The position numbers and the translations under genes are program-made. Of a stretch of DNA of 64,000 nucleotides, positions 49,023-61,902 are shown in pieces. The notes below the pieces were generated by a model. That model had not been told where the DNA came from, did no database searches, and saw nothing but the letters and a program-made list of their open reading frames with translations. Within the stretch, counting starts at the first letter, position 1. Each line of letters begins with the position of its first letter. Origin of the DNA: Phaeosaccion multiseriatum (lineage: Eukaryota > Protista > Ochrophyta, other classes); assembly GCA_965112735.1 (NCBI GenBank), contig OZ218952.1:3658001-3722000 (forward strand), written 5' to 3'.

Positions 49023-49402
49023 TCACACGAGGTGCTGCTGATTGCCCTCCAACCCTTCTTGCCCCACCACCAACCGTGCCATCTCTAGCTCCACGTGGTT
49101 GTTCGCCACCGCAGCTCTCCCTCCCCCTCCTCCATCCGCTTCACCCCCTCCTCCTCCTCCTCCTCCTCCTCCTCCTCCTGACGCTCCGGTTTCCGCAGCT
49201 CCATCTTCCCTGTCCTCCCCCCCCTGCTGGGACGCAAGCAGCGTCCAGCCGCTCATTCTGCCCCGCCCAATACCCCGAAGGAAATGCCTCGCACCCTCCA
49301 CCCCCGTCCGCACGGCCATCCCCAAGCGAACGCGCCCCTGTTGCAATCTGGCGGCTCTCTCCCCATTTCCTCCTCCTCCCCCCCCCCCTGCTGTTGATGA
49401 TG

Positions 49403-49436
<34 letters not shown>

Positions 49437-52400
49437 TTCTCCTCCAGCTACTGCTGCTGCTGCCGCTGCTGCTGCCGCTGCTGATGCCGCTGCTGCTGCT
49501 ACCGCGGCTACACGCGTCTCCCGCAGCCCCTCTCGAACGTTCCCTTTGCAAATCGGACAAAGCACGGACAGACGAAGCCACTCCTCCACGCACTCTGGAT
49601 GGAACACGTGATGGCAAGGCAGGCGCTTGAGTGGATCCCCATCGTCAAACGCAGTCAGACAGACCGCGCATTCGTCGTACTCCTTCTCCGATTCTGTAGC
49701 ACTGACCCTGCTATAAGCGTCTGCACTTCCGCTCCCACCCAGACTGCCTCCGCCATCATTGTGAAGGATGCCGCCTTGCGTGAGTGTCTCGGGGCCCTCA
49801 GAATAAGAATCACTGGCCGAACCCTCACTAACGGTCACCGCCGCCGCCGCTCCTGCTGCTGCTGTTGCTGCTGCTGTATTACCAACTGCTGCTTCTGCTG
49901 CAGCTGGTGCCTGCGGCTCCTGTTGCTGCTGCATCACCAACTGCTGCCTCTTGAAGGGGCGGAAGAAGAGCGTCTCCAGCGCGTTGAGCTCATCGTCTCT
50001 CAATCCAGGCCGCCTCCTGCTCCCTGCAGTCGCCAACCGGGCCAAAAAACCACCACCTCCCCCTCTTGTGGTGTCTCCAGCTGCTCCCCCCATGGTCAGA
50101 GGCTCCACCCACAGCACCCCACACAGGAGGAGGGCCCTCGACACAAGCAGAAACATACTCAATGCCATCATAGCCACAGCCATCATGGCCACCATCACCA
50201 CGAGGGAGGTGGAGATGGCGGGGACGGTGTTGGATCCGCCAAAGCCGCCTTCACTCGGTATCTTGCAGCTCGTGTCTTGGGGGGTGCCCGTGGTGCCGCC
50301 TGCGCACTCTCCACACGAGTCCACCACCGCTTCTCCGTGGCAGCGACCGTCGCAGTCTCTGTGGAGGAGGGGAGGGGGAGGAAGCAACACACACGTATTA
50401 ATGTATGTATGTATGTATGTATGTATGTATGTATGTATGTATGTATGTATGTATGTATGTATGTATGTATGTATGTATGTATGTATGTATGTATGTATGT
50501 ATGTATGTATGTATGTACGTACGCAAGGGTAGGTATACATTGCAAGGCCACGAGTCGAAAGGCCATTTAGAGGCAGAAAGGGGCTGTGGAGGAGTGGGGG
50601 AGTTCATAAACTGTGGCGGGCATGCGGGGATGAGGGGGGTATGAGCCATATCTGTCTCAACACCCAAGTCAGTCAAGTCAGTACGATAGTCAAGTCAGTC
50701 AAGTCAGTCCTTGGGAAGTCGTTCCAATCAATTACAATCAATTCAATCGCTGGAAGCTGTCGTCCCCCCTTGTGCATTTCGCCGCACTCGCCGCATCACA
50801 AACCACGCAACTAACCCCTTCCGGCTCCTCCTCCTCCTCCTCCTCCTCCTCCTCCTCCTTCCTTTCCACTCCTTCTCCCCTCCTCCTTCCTCTCCCCTCC
50901 TCCTTCCTCTTCGTCCTCGTCCTCTTCCCTCCCTCCTCGCCCTCCTCCTTCCCTCTTCCCTCTTCTGCTCACCTCGTCTCGCCCGCCCCGCCACAGACAG
51001 CGCACTTGTCGCACTTGAAGTGATCCATCCCCTCCAAAGGGCTGCAACCGCACCCCTCAAAGTGTCTACTGCCGCCATCCCCCCCCCCGTCCGAGGAAGA
51101 AGAGGAAGACAACGCGGAGGGGTGGTACTTAACCATCAGGGTCTGGCTGTACACGCGATGCATCCTGCTGTTAGCACCGCCTTCGCCGTCGGGCAGTGCC
51201 GTTAGACCATGCACTCCGGTAACCCTGCCTCCTCCCCCTACCCATCCTCCTCCGTCTCCTCCTGTTGCTGCTGCGGCTGCTGCTGCTCCTTCTGCTGCCC
51301 CCCCTCCTCCACCTCCTCCAGCCTCTTCTCCTCCTCCCCCTGCTGCTGCTGCTGCTGCTCCTCCTCCTCGTTCTCCTCCTCCCTTTCCTTCCTCGGACGC
51401 TCCCGCTCCTCTCTCGGCAAACGTCGCCCTTACCTCCACCGATACAATCGTCCCCGTGGCTTGGCCTCCTCCTCCTTCTAGCCAAGCCAAACGAGGCACT
51501 CGACACGATAGTGTGCCTCTAATGTCGCCCCTTCCCTTCTGTACGCCAATCCCCTCCCACAGCCCCGAGTCACTTCCTTCCCAGTCACTTTCCGAGCTCC
51601 TTTCCTCCCCCCCCCTGCCGAACCCTCCTCCTTCCTGCTGCCCTTCTCCTGCCCCCCATTCGTCCTCGAGGCTGCTGTATTGCGTACCTGCTGCCAAGGG
51701 TGGAGCAAAGGTCATGACTGCAGGCGAATCCACCACACCCGCAAAAATACAGCTGGTAGTACAGTAGAGCAGTTGAGACAGCACAGTACGGCACAACAGT
51801 TGGTGATACAACACACCACAGCACAGCAAAGGATGCACGCACGCACGCACGCCCGGGCAAGTAGACACGGGGAAGTGGAGGTGGGTGGGAGAGGGGAGGG
51901 ATGGGGGGGTTAGAGGAGACACATAGACTGCCTCGAAGGAAGGGGAGAGACAGAAGGAAGAGAACGAGGCATAATTCCAGACAGCAGCGAGCCGAGGGAG
52001 AGAAGGAACAGGCCAGGCCGTCTGGCTTTTCCAGGTGTGGAAGAAGCACGCACACGGCATACAGGGAAGAGCGTTGACAGAAATCTGCCACTCCTCCTCG
52101 TCCTCCCCTCACTCTCCTCGCCCTCTCCCTCCTCCTCTTCACTCGTCCAACAAACACACCTGAGCGAAACGTCCACCCCCAAGGCCGCGCAGGTAAAGCC
52201 TTCCCATTGGATGTGCAGTTCGTCGCCAGCCTGTACACACGACTCATCAACGCACCCAATGGTGGGTAAGCGACAGAGCGCCACTTGATTACCAGCCTGG
52301 ACAAGCCCTCCCCCCGCTGCTGCTGCTTCGTCCACAGAGGGTGCACTCTCTGCGTCTTGCCCTCCCCCTCCCCCTCCTGCTCCTCCTTCTCCTCCTCCTC

Positions 52401-55400
52401 CTGCTGCTGCTGCTGGCTCCAGGCGCAGCTGGGTGGACTGCCGAACAAAGTCTCCGCGCCACCCGTAACGCATTCCGACATCGTACTGCGCTTGGTCCTG
52501 CGGATCGGAGCGCAGGGTAGATGACGAGAAGGCATTCCCACTCACTCCAACCAACCAAGAGGCGGGACGGACAGCGTGAGTAGCGCCTCCTCTACCTTCA
52601 GCGGATTCACCGCCGCTGCTGCTCCCTTCGTCCACACCACCTCCTCCGGCCGACCCTTGCCCCTCCTCTGTCGCCTCCTTCCCATGCTCTTCTCCCTGCT
52701 TCTGCTCGTGCCCCGCATCCTCCTCCTCCTCCTCCTCCTCCTCCTCCTTCCCCTCCTCCACCTCCTCCTCCTTCCCCTCCTCCTCCTCCCCCTCCTCCCC
52801 CTGGCCCTGATGCGCTTGTTTCTCCTCGTCCTGCCCCCCTCCAACCTCAATGTACCGATACAGTAGACTGCCATCGGCATGCAGGGAGGCCGCGAACGTG
52901 CTCGGCCCTGCGCTGGGGTTCTTGAGATAGAGGTACACGTCTCTGTACAACACATGGAAGCTCCTCTCCCCCTCCCTCTCTGGCTCCTCAGGCCCTTCAG
53001 AGAGGACCATGACTGCCGATGGAAAGTTGGCGCTTGAGTCTGCCGGGTTCCAATCCGCCTTTAGTATGGGAAGGTACGCCTGCACAACGCCCGACGATGA
53101 GCAGCGGGACGAACGAGCAGAAGGACGGAGTGTGTGTGGAGCGATGTTGTAGCTTGTCTTCTGTTGCGATCCATATCGCACGTACATATATATATAATGC
53201 ATGCAGTAACCGCTCACTCACCCAGCGAGTTCAAGAAAAGCATAGAAGAACCAAATCGCAAGGAGGCATTTAACGGCGCGAACGTTACGATACGCCACGC
53301 CTACTCACCTGTGCTGTGGCCGAGGGCGGGCAGATGGCACCCAAACAGCTCTGCAGGGGGGGGAGGAAGAGTGCCCCGTTTGGTGATACAAAGAGGTTGT
53401 CGAAAACCGTGCCGTACACGGGAAACCGCATGCCAATGGGCCTTCGCAGTTGTTTCAGGTGGTGGCCCACCACAGTTTCAGTTTCAGTTTCAATGGAGAG
53501 AATGAATGGGCACGACGTGAAGGGCGGCAACCGAAGGAAAGAAAGGGCGGGGAACAGGGGAGAGGGAGGCTTATGGTCAGCAAGGAAGGAAAGAAGGCTG
53601 GAGGAAGGACCGACCTACTGACTGCTGTCAGCGCTACTCACTAAATGCTGACAGGCATGACATGACATGACACACGCACAAGCACAGACACACACACACA
53701 CACATACATACACACAGGCACACACACAGACACACACACACGCACATGCTCTTGTCTTACCTCTGCTCCACGGGGTAGTCATCCACCTCCGACACGGACG
53801 AGAGCTGATGCGCCAATTGTATCTTGCCCACAAAGGCCAGCTGGTCAAACTGCTTCGCGTGCTGCACCACCGGGATGTACTCGTATGCCTCTGCCCGCTG
53901 CTTCCGCCAAGGCGACTGGGTGAGGCACGACTGGGCCCCTGCTCCTCCTCCTCCTCCTCCTCCTCCTCGGGATGTCTTCTCCTGTCCAGCCCACGGCTGC
54001 GCAACACAGCGCCGCTTCACACAGTGCACACGAGCGCACACGTCCACAGAGGGGCAGTCCGTATCCGCGCCGCAGCGCCGGGGAGACACCTGCATAAGCC
54101 CGCTCCACTCAGCTCCTCTCCACCCCTCCCCGGCACCAGGTACGGCTGGTGCAGCCACCGCCACTGTCACGCTCACCTGCGCAACGGCATGGGAGAACGG
54201 GTCCTCTTGCTGCTGAGACCCCTTCAACTCCTCCTCCTCCTCCTCCTCTTCCCGTGCCCGCCTCGAGCTCGCCAGGCTGGGCAGCTCTGGTACTCGACAA
54301 ACCACTCTCTCCAGTCGGGTGCCGTCTGCACGAACGTAAGCGGGTGGCGTCTCCTCCTCCTCTCCCTCTCCTCCTTCTCCTCCTCTTCCACCACCATACC
54401 CGGCAGAGCTCCCCTCCCCCCACTCCGAACCGCCCCCGCCCCCCTCGAAGCCAGCGTACTGGTCATACTCATGCTCAAACTCGTCCTCCGCCTCCTCTTC
54501 CTCTTCTCGTGTCTCAGCCTCCGCGTCGCGCAGCTCTGGAGGCAAGCAAAGCTGCAGCTGCACCACTACGAAGCGGTACTGCCTGTCCGGCTTCCCCACC
54601 ACCGTACACACCGAATCACAGGGACACGAATCCTCCGACTCGTCGTCACAAATGGGCAGACACATGCCACTCATGCACATCTCGCCAATGTCGCAGCCTT
54701 CGCCACCGTCGCCTGCTCCTGTTTGCACCGCTCCTCCTCCATCCCCTGCTCCTCCTGCTGCTGCTTGTCCACCCGTGTCAGCCCCCCTCGCCCCCCAATG
54801 GCCGCCACTACTTCCGTCACTCGCCCCTCCTCCTCGTCCTGCAGCCCCCCCACAAGGTCGACTGTAGCGCTCGCAGAGGGTCGGATTGGAGCACTCCATG
54901 CCCCCCACCATGACGCGGATGCTTCCCTCATCGAGGCCGAAGTCTGTCCCTGTGACGGTGACTTGATCGCCCGCACTCGCCTCCGCTGGCACAACGGAGT
55001 ACACGACTGGTCCAGTACTACTACCGCTGTCACCGCTACTAGCACTTTCACTAGTGCTTACGCTCTCCTCGTCCATGCTAAAGCCTCTATCATTCGCTCC
55101 GTTGCTGGTGCTGCTGCGGAGAGTCACGTCAGTCGCATTGGTCGTCTGCCTTCCCTTCTGCCACAACCGCCGGCGGAAGGCACCGGACCCATCGCCTCTA
55201 TTACGATTACTACTACTACTGCTGCTAGTGCTACTATTATTATTGCTACTGGTGGTGGTGGGTGTGTGGCCATCCTTTCTGCAGGTGAAGACGCTCGTTT
55301 CTCCTGCCGCTTGTCGCATGTACACCCCGTGGTTGTGGAAGGTGGGGCCCCACGCGTGCGAACCGCAACCACCATCCTCCCTGCACCACAGTCCTCCCAC

Positions 55401-56102
55401 GCAGCACCCGTCCAAGCCGCTGTCTGATCGCATGTGTCTTCCGAGGCCCTTGGCTACGTCTGCCGCGACATCGAACGACCACATGGAGCCCTGACAGTGA
55501 GAGTTGCTGGTGCTTCTGTTGCTGCTCTTGCGGCCAACCTCCTCGGGTGGGCAGGGCTCGGCACCACCACCACTAGTACTAGTATCAACTCGTTCAGTGC
55601 TGAGCACGAGGTCCATTCGTGTGGGTTGCAGCCCAAACCGCATGCAGGCGGAAGGGTGAGACTCCGCGGGCAGACTGAGGACCCACCACAGTTCCGGGAG
55701 GTACGGGAGGTTCACGGGTGGAGGAGAAGTTGGTACCGATGGCGACAAAGCTCCCTCCGCATCTGCGGTGGTGTCGTTGACAGATATGGCTGCTGGGGCT
55801 CTTCTCCTCGAGGTTGACGGAATCACGTCTCGTTCAACATGGACACCATTGACAGCAGCGGCTGCCGAGCCTATGCCTATTCCGAGCCAGAAATTCACAG
55901 CGGCGAACGCAGCTGGTAAAAGCAGCTGTATCCGACCGCCACGCCGTTGTCGTCCTCCGCTCCTTCCCCCTCTCAATCCGACTCCAGCTCCGTCCCAGGA
56001 GCAGCAAGCGCAGGAGGAGGAGAGAGAGGAGCCAGCTCCTTCCAACTTCGGCCCTACACCCCCATGCGCTATCTTCAATCGAGACCGCTTTCTGGAGGCC
56101 AT
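49023..56102 (-). CDS. Type-I membrane RING-H2 E3 ubiquitin ligase with a large Cys-rich ectodomain, multi-exon
   Basis: RING-H2 [41 protein letters not shown]; [24 protein letters not shown]; [21 protein letters not shown] repeats; IPT/TIG-like [25 protein letters not shown]; N-terminal hydrophobic segment. The single-gene model is inferred from colinear exons. Confidence 0.7.
50397..50516. repeat. (TATG)n microsatellite, intronic
   Basis: About 30 near-perfect units. Confidence 0.95.
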
Positions 56103-56272
56103 CAGCCTAAGGTTCTATTCCTCGTTTGGCTGGAGGTCTATTGAAAGGGGAAGAAAAAAGCAAAAAGGGGGGTTTGACAAGCGTTTGAGTTTCAGCTCGG
56201 TGTTTTTTGGCGGTTCATTGTCTTCATTTGAACCACCACTTCGCTGCCCTTCTTTTCACTCAGTCTTGGGCC

Positions 56273-56772
56273 ATGCCGGGCCATTCTCGACAGGAAGAGG
56301 GGGTGGGGAATAAGGTGATCGCCCCTCCCTCGGCCTTTAAGCGGGCAGCGCCTTCATCTACCACCCCAAAAGTGGCCAAGAAGCTTCGCTTCGCCTCCCT
56401 GCCCATCGAGGAAGACGGGGGGCTGGGCGATGTCCCTGAGCGCCATCAAGGCGGAGGAGCACGGGATACTGCTGCAGAAGGAGTAGAAGGGGTCTCGGGA
56501 GAGGATCAAGGCACCACGTCTCTTCCTATTCGGCGGCGATTGAAGAGGTGCCGAGCCGCCGAGGTGATACACCTCTGCATGGGTGAGTGCTGTGCCTCCC
56601 CGCTTCCCCTGTCCCTTTGATGTGCATTTGCATTTCGTGCTTTGCCCTTTTTCTTGCCTGGGAACGAACCAAATCACCTCTTTCTTTGGTCCATCTCCTA
56701 CCCGTCCTCGCCCAACAGTGGATGACAAAGAGAGCGCGAGAAAGCTCCTACGAGAGTGTAGAAGCAGCGGTT

Positions 56773-56803
<31 letters not shown>

Positions 56804-56920
56804 TGCCACCGAGAGCGAAGGGGCCGGCAACTCCGGCTGGTTCTCTCCTGAGTTTACACACCAGCTCTTCCCTCGCGAGAAGATTGTAGGCTACAGCCAC
56901 GACATGATCACTATCAAGGT

Positions 56921-56971
<51 letters not shown>

Positions 56972-59340
56972 TGTCCCCTTTGTACGGCGCCGTGGCATAC
57001 CTACCTTCAAAAGGGAAGATGAGAGAGGAGGTTGATGTGTGTCCCAATCTCTGTCCTTGCGAATGTACAGGTACTCTACGGGTCGTGCAGCTTGGCTTGC
57101 CTCGTGTCTGTCGAGTGCAAGACGTGTGGGGATGGAGGGGGTGAGGTCGAGCACCACTATCGGGAGGGTGAAGAGGAGGAGTTGGGCGAAGAGGAGGAGG
57201 ATGACGACAGCGAGCAAGAAGGGGAAGAGGAAGACGACGACACGAGAGCAAGAGGGCCCGCAGCAGTTGGTGATACAGCAGTAGGCGCCGAGGCCGGGGC
57301 GCAGGGGAGGGTCGAGCGCTTGGAGGAGAAACCGATGACCCCCTCGGTCATATGCGGGCTGCTTGCGAAATGTCTCCCTCCGGGCTGGACCACAAGTGAA
57401 GACGAGTTTTGCCGACAGCTTCAAAGCGAGCAGCAAGGCGTAGAGGGAGAGGGGGGCGAGGCGGAGGGGCGACAAGGAGCAGGCACAGGAGTCTTCAATA
57501 GAAGCTTCCGACCCTGCGGAGAGAGGAGTTTCTCTTACACTGCGAGGAGCAGTAGCAGCAGCCCGTTTGGAACTGAGTCTGAGTTTGAGGTGTGGAGGGC
57601 GACGGCGCGAGAGCACAAAGGCGCGAAAGAGTACCACGACAGGGTCCAAGGGTTGGCGCTCTTCTTCATCGAAAGTGAGTGTGTGTGTGTGTGTGCAGGA
57701 GAGAGAGAGTGAGTGTGCTTGTGAGTGTGCTTTACTGTGTATGTGTGGCCTTTGGCAACACCCACGTGTGTGGTCTTACGCCCCCCACCCACACTGACGC
57801 CCCCCCTTCAGCGGCGGATTTTGTGGACATCGACGATGACCGGTGGGAAGTTTTTTATCTCTTCAAAGTCACTCGTACCGGTACGCTTAATGCGAGCAGC
57901 AGCAGTGGTGGTGGTGGTGGTGGTGGTGGTGGTGGTGGCGAGCCTGCCTACACTCTGGCAGGCTACTTTACGGTGTTCAACTTTCGCAACCCCATCAAAG
58001 GCGTCTCCATGCGCATTTGCCAGGTCAGTGTCAGGACACGTTCCAGTGTCAAGGCAGTGGCAGTCGGCAGTGGCAGTGGGCTGTGTAACCCCCTTACTAG
58101 CCGCCCCCCCCCGGCCTGACCATCGGCTATGCTTGCCGCTCCCCTCCCTCCTCCCCTCTTACCCTCCCGACTCCTACCCACCCGCTACTGCAATTGTGAA
58201 CCAATCCACCCTCGTTTGTAAATTGAACAACCAACAACCGCAACGAGAAGGCCTTGGTGCTGCCCCCCTTCCAGCGCCAGGGGCACGGAAGGGAGCTCAT
58301 TCGCCACATCTCCGGCCTGGCTCGGGCACGAGAAGCCGTCTTCCAAATCACAGTGGAGGACCCTGCGCCGGCCTTTGTCCATGTAAGTTTCAGCCACTGA
58401 AACACGCTTCCTTCCTTCCTTCCTTCCTTCCTTCCTTCCTTCCCTTCCTTATCTCTCCTGCTGCTGTTGCCACGGGTCCGTGGACGGGACGGGCAGGGAC
58501 GAGCCGTCATCGGTCTGTGAATGTGGAATCTCCGCAACCCGAGTGCCTGTCTGTGCTGTCTGTCAGTCTGTCTGCCTGCCTGTCTGTGACAACAGTAAGG
58601 CTATGTGATCGATGTATGTATTCCCTCTGAACGCTAACGATACAGAGCCCACTTTCTGCCCGCTGCTCTGTGCCTGCTTCTGCTGCGCCACACACACACA
58701 CACACATTGATTGGCGGAGCAGCTGCGAGACGCAACTGACGTGGAGGAGTGCTTCAGCGCTGGCGTCTTCCCTTCGGATGCACTCCTCCTCCTGCGGCCG
58801 GTGCCCCCAACCCCGCCGCCCAAGAGCCTGACCAGCCTGAACAGCAGCAGCACCGGCACCGGCAGCGCTATTCCCCTCCGCGGTCTGAGCAGTGCCGAGG
58901 TGGAGGGCGTAGAGACACGCCTCAAGCTTGTTACTGCGCAGGTGCATTGCGCGTATGAGCTGCTACAGTTGCTGGGAATCAGCAGGAGGCAAGCCGCTGC
59001 CGCAGTAGCACGAGGAGGAGCAAGCGAGGGCGGGGAAGGAGACTGCTCAATCCCACATTGTGATGGCATTGTGGTAGACAACAAACAACACCGGCAGGAC
59101 CAGCAGCAGCAGCAGGAGCAGGAGGAGGAGGAGGATGAGGAGACGAGTGCTCAGTGGAAGCAGTTCCGTCTCATGGTCAAGAGGAGGCTCGTGAAGGAGC
59201 ACAAGGAGGTCCTGTCCACCGATAAGACGGCAAGGAAGCAGCAGTTGGAGGAGCTGTACCAAGACTTGATGTCCTCGCGCTACCGGCCTGCCTTGAAAAG
59301 GCTGGGCCGGAGTGTGCCGCTGACAATGCAGGAGGAGTAG
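56273..59340 (+). CDS. HAT1: Histone acetyltransferase type B catalytic subunit, multi-exon
   Basis: FSPEFTHQLFPREKIVGY, YHDRVQGLALFFIE, ADFVDIDDDRWEVFYLF, MRICQ|ALVLPPFQRQGHG, QITVEDPAPAF and LRDATD. Start codon tentative. Confidence 0.92.
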
Positions 59341-59475
59341 TCTCGACCCCTGATACACTATCCGCTATCCGCTATCGCAGCCGGCTGGGGGAGGGGGGGG
59401 GGGGTTGTTGGGGCGTGCTATCCGCTGTCGCCGGCGCCAGCCGGCGCGCTATCGAGAATGTATCAGGGGTCGAGA
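59341..59475. mobile_element. Putative MITE, copy 2
   Basis: Perfect 17-bp TIRs tctcgacccctgataca / tgtatcaggggtcgaga; interior homologous to 33084..33260; begins directly after the HAT1 stop codon. Confidence 0.7.
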
Positions 59476-59617
59476 AGAGAAGAGAGAGAAGAGACCCCCA
59501 AGTCAAATCTCAAATTGGAAATTGGTATTTGAGTTTAAGCTTGGTCCCCCGTTGCTTCGGTGACAAAGAAAAACAACAAAAGCAAAAGCAAAGCAATACA
59601 GCACAAGCAGCAGAATA

Positions 59618-61410
59618 ATGAAGACGTTTGCACCCGTAGTCAGCTTGGGACTTCTCGTTGCGGCAGGTGCGCTCTCCATCCGTTGATATAATGCAACATG
59701 AATGGATAGATGCTCCGTCTCATGAGAAAAAAAAAACTCTCCTTTTCTTAATGTTATCTTCTCTTCCTCGCCCTGTTCCTTGCAATCTGTACGTGTACGC
59801 CTCCTCGCCTCTTCGCGTTGTCTCGGAGCAGTCTCGGCGAACTCCACCCCGTCGTTCTCGGCGGTAAGTTTGATCACGTGTTCTTCCTAATCTTTCAATT
59901 TCTTTCTTCTTTTTTACTCCGGTTCTGCTTTGACTCCCCCCTAGGCACTCTCTTCGAGCCGTTTAATGTCTGCCTGCGCCTTTTCTTTCTTGCCTTGCCT
60001 CCTCCTGGCCTCCTCGATGCTCTATCGTATCACAACTAGACACGGACGGCACCCCAAGAATGAGAATGATAAAAAAGGATGAAAGAGAAAGCTCTGTATG
60101 ACATTCCTCTTCCCTCTCGCTCCTTACACCTCCGCGCGCCTTTCGCCTTCGGTGATGTCACATTTTCACTCTCCATGTGTCCACACCCGCAATGGCAGGG
60201 CTCCTCGGTAGCCGCCGCGAATGGCCGACTGCAGCAGCAACAGAAGCATGACCTCCGGCAGCAGCCAAAGGGCGCATTGCAAAGGTCGCGATCGTCGGCA
60301 TGGCTGGTCAGGGGTGGGGAGATGAAGAGCCCACCAGATCTCTACGCCACTGCCGTTGCCTTGGGCGAGAAGAAGGCCACGCTTCCCTCCTCCAAAGTAG
60401 CCCTGCTCTCTATGATGAGCGGGTTGCATATTGGCATCGGGGCCCTTCTCGCCATTACGGTGGGCGGAAACATGGCAGGTACGGTACCCTTCTATATCCT
60501 CGTACTGCGAGGTGTCAGGACAGACAAGAGTGTGTGTGATGGTGTATAGGGGGTGCGAGGACAGACAGGCAAGCTCCGGTAGTCGCAGTCAGCTCGTCGT
60601 TAGTTAGGAAAAGTCATGTCTGAACCGCAGTCGCGACGGAGGGAAAGAGAGAAGGAGCGGAGTGTGCGGAGTCGGGGGGGGGGGGGGGTGGAGATTCAAT
60701 TGACTTTCACGGGGGGAGTGGGGCGAATGTGCTGTGGATGTGGACGCACGCAGCTCCTGTGCCTGGGTGATGATCCCCTCTCACCTCACAGGTGAACCGA
60801 GCACATCTCACGACTGTACTCCTAACTCGTATACATTCCCCCCTCCCCCCCCCTGCGTGTCTCCAACACCCCCACCACCTCCCATCCCCTCCCCTCAACC
60901 AACCATCCAACCATCCAACCAACCAACCAACCACCCAACCAACCACCCACCAACCAACCAACCAACCGACTGACCGGAAGGTATGGCGACTACCAACCCC
61001 GGTCTGCAGAAGATCATCTTCGGTCTCTTCGGCCTACCGCTAGGACTCATGATGGTGCTGGTGTGTGGAGGGGAGCTCTTCACTGGCAACACCGCCCTCA
61101 TTGCCGCCGCCTACTACGAGAAGAGGGCCAGTCTCAAGGGCATGCTTCGTAACTGGGTCGTCTCTTACCTGGGTGCGTGCGTGCATGTGTGTGTGTGTGT
61201 GTGTGCGCGCGCGCTTGTGCGTGTGTGCGTGCATGCCTGTGTGTATGCGCGTGTGCGTGCGTGTGTGCGTGTGTGTGTGTCTGTCTGTGCGCCTGCCTGC
61301 CCACTCTATTGGCTTCTTGCCTCTTCTCTCAACTCCCCCCACCTTTACAATTTCGGAACAGCCTCCATTTATCAATGTAGTCCTCCCCTCCTCTGGGCCT
61401 TCTACACGCA

Positions 61411-61479
<69 letters not shown>

Positions 61480-61846
61480 ACACACACACACACACGCACG
61501 CACACACACATGCCACGAACCCTCTCACCACCTGTCGCCCCCCTCCCCCCCTCCCCTTCCACCTACCCACCAGGCAATTTCGTGGGCTGTGTGGCTCTGG
61601 CAAAGTTTGTGACAATGGTCTCCATGGTCGCCGTGCCCTCGGCAGCAGCAGCCATGGCCTCAACCAAGACGTCCTTCCCCTTCATGGTCCTCTTTGGCAG
61701 AGGCATGCTGTGCAACTGGCTCGTGTGCACGGCGGTGTGGCTCGCTTCCGGAGCCTCCACCCTCACCGAAAAGTACCTGGCCATGGTCATCCCCATCTGT
61801 GAGTTTTGAGTTTCAGGTGGACGGGGAGGTGGCGTCTTCAGAGTTT

Positions 61847-61902
<56 letters not shown>

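Larger units (their letters stand above)
4744..57277. repeat. Dispersed 12-mer GTTGGTGATACA / TGTATCACCAAC
   Basis: Exact copies at 4744, 8274, 9662, 17729, 51799 and 57266; one-mismatch copies at 25373, 26438, 27884, 49875, 49930 and 53379. Confidence 0.9.

Noticed and set aside
53667-55427. 586-aa plus-strand ORF, and other long antisense ORFs such as 259..1008 and 33739..34791
   Set aside because: Shadow ORFs of GC-rich coding exons on the opposite strand, with no recognisable motifs.
59351-59357. TGATACA shared between the MITE TIR and the dispersed 12-mer
   Set aside because: Only 7 bp, and not conserved in the other MITE copy; insufficient to link the two.
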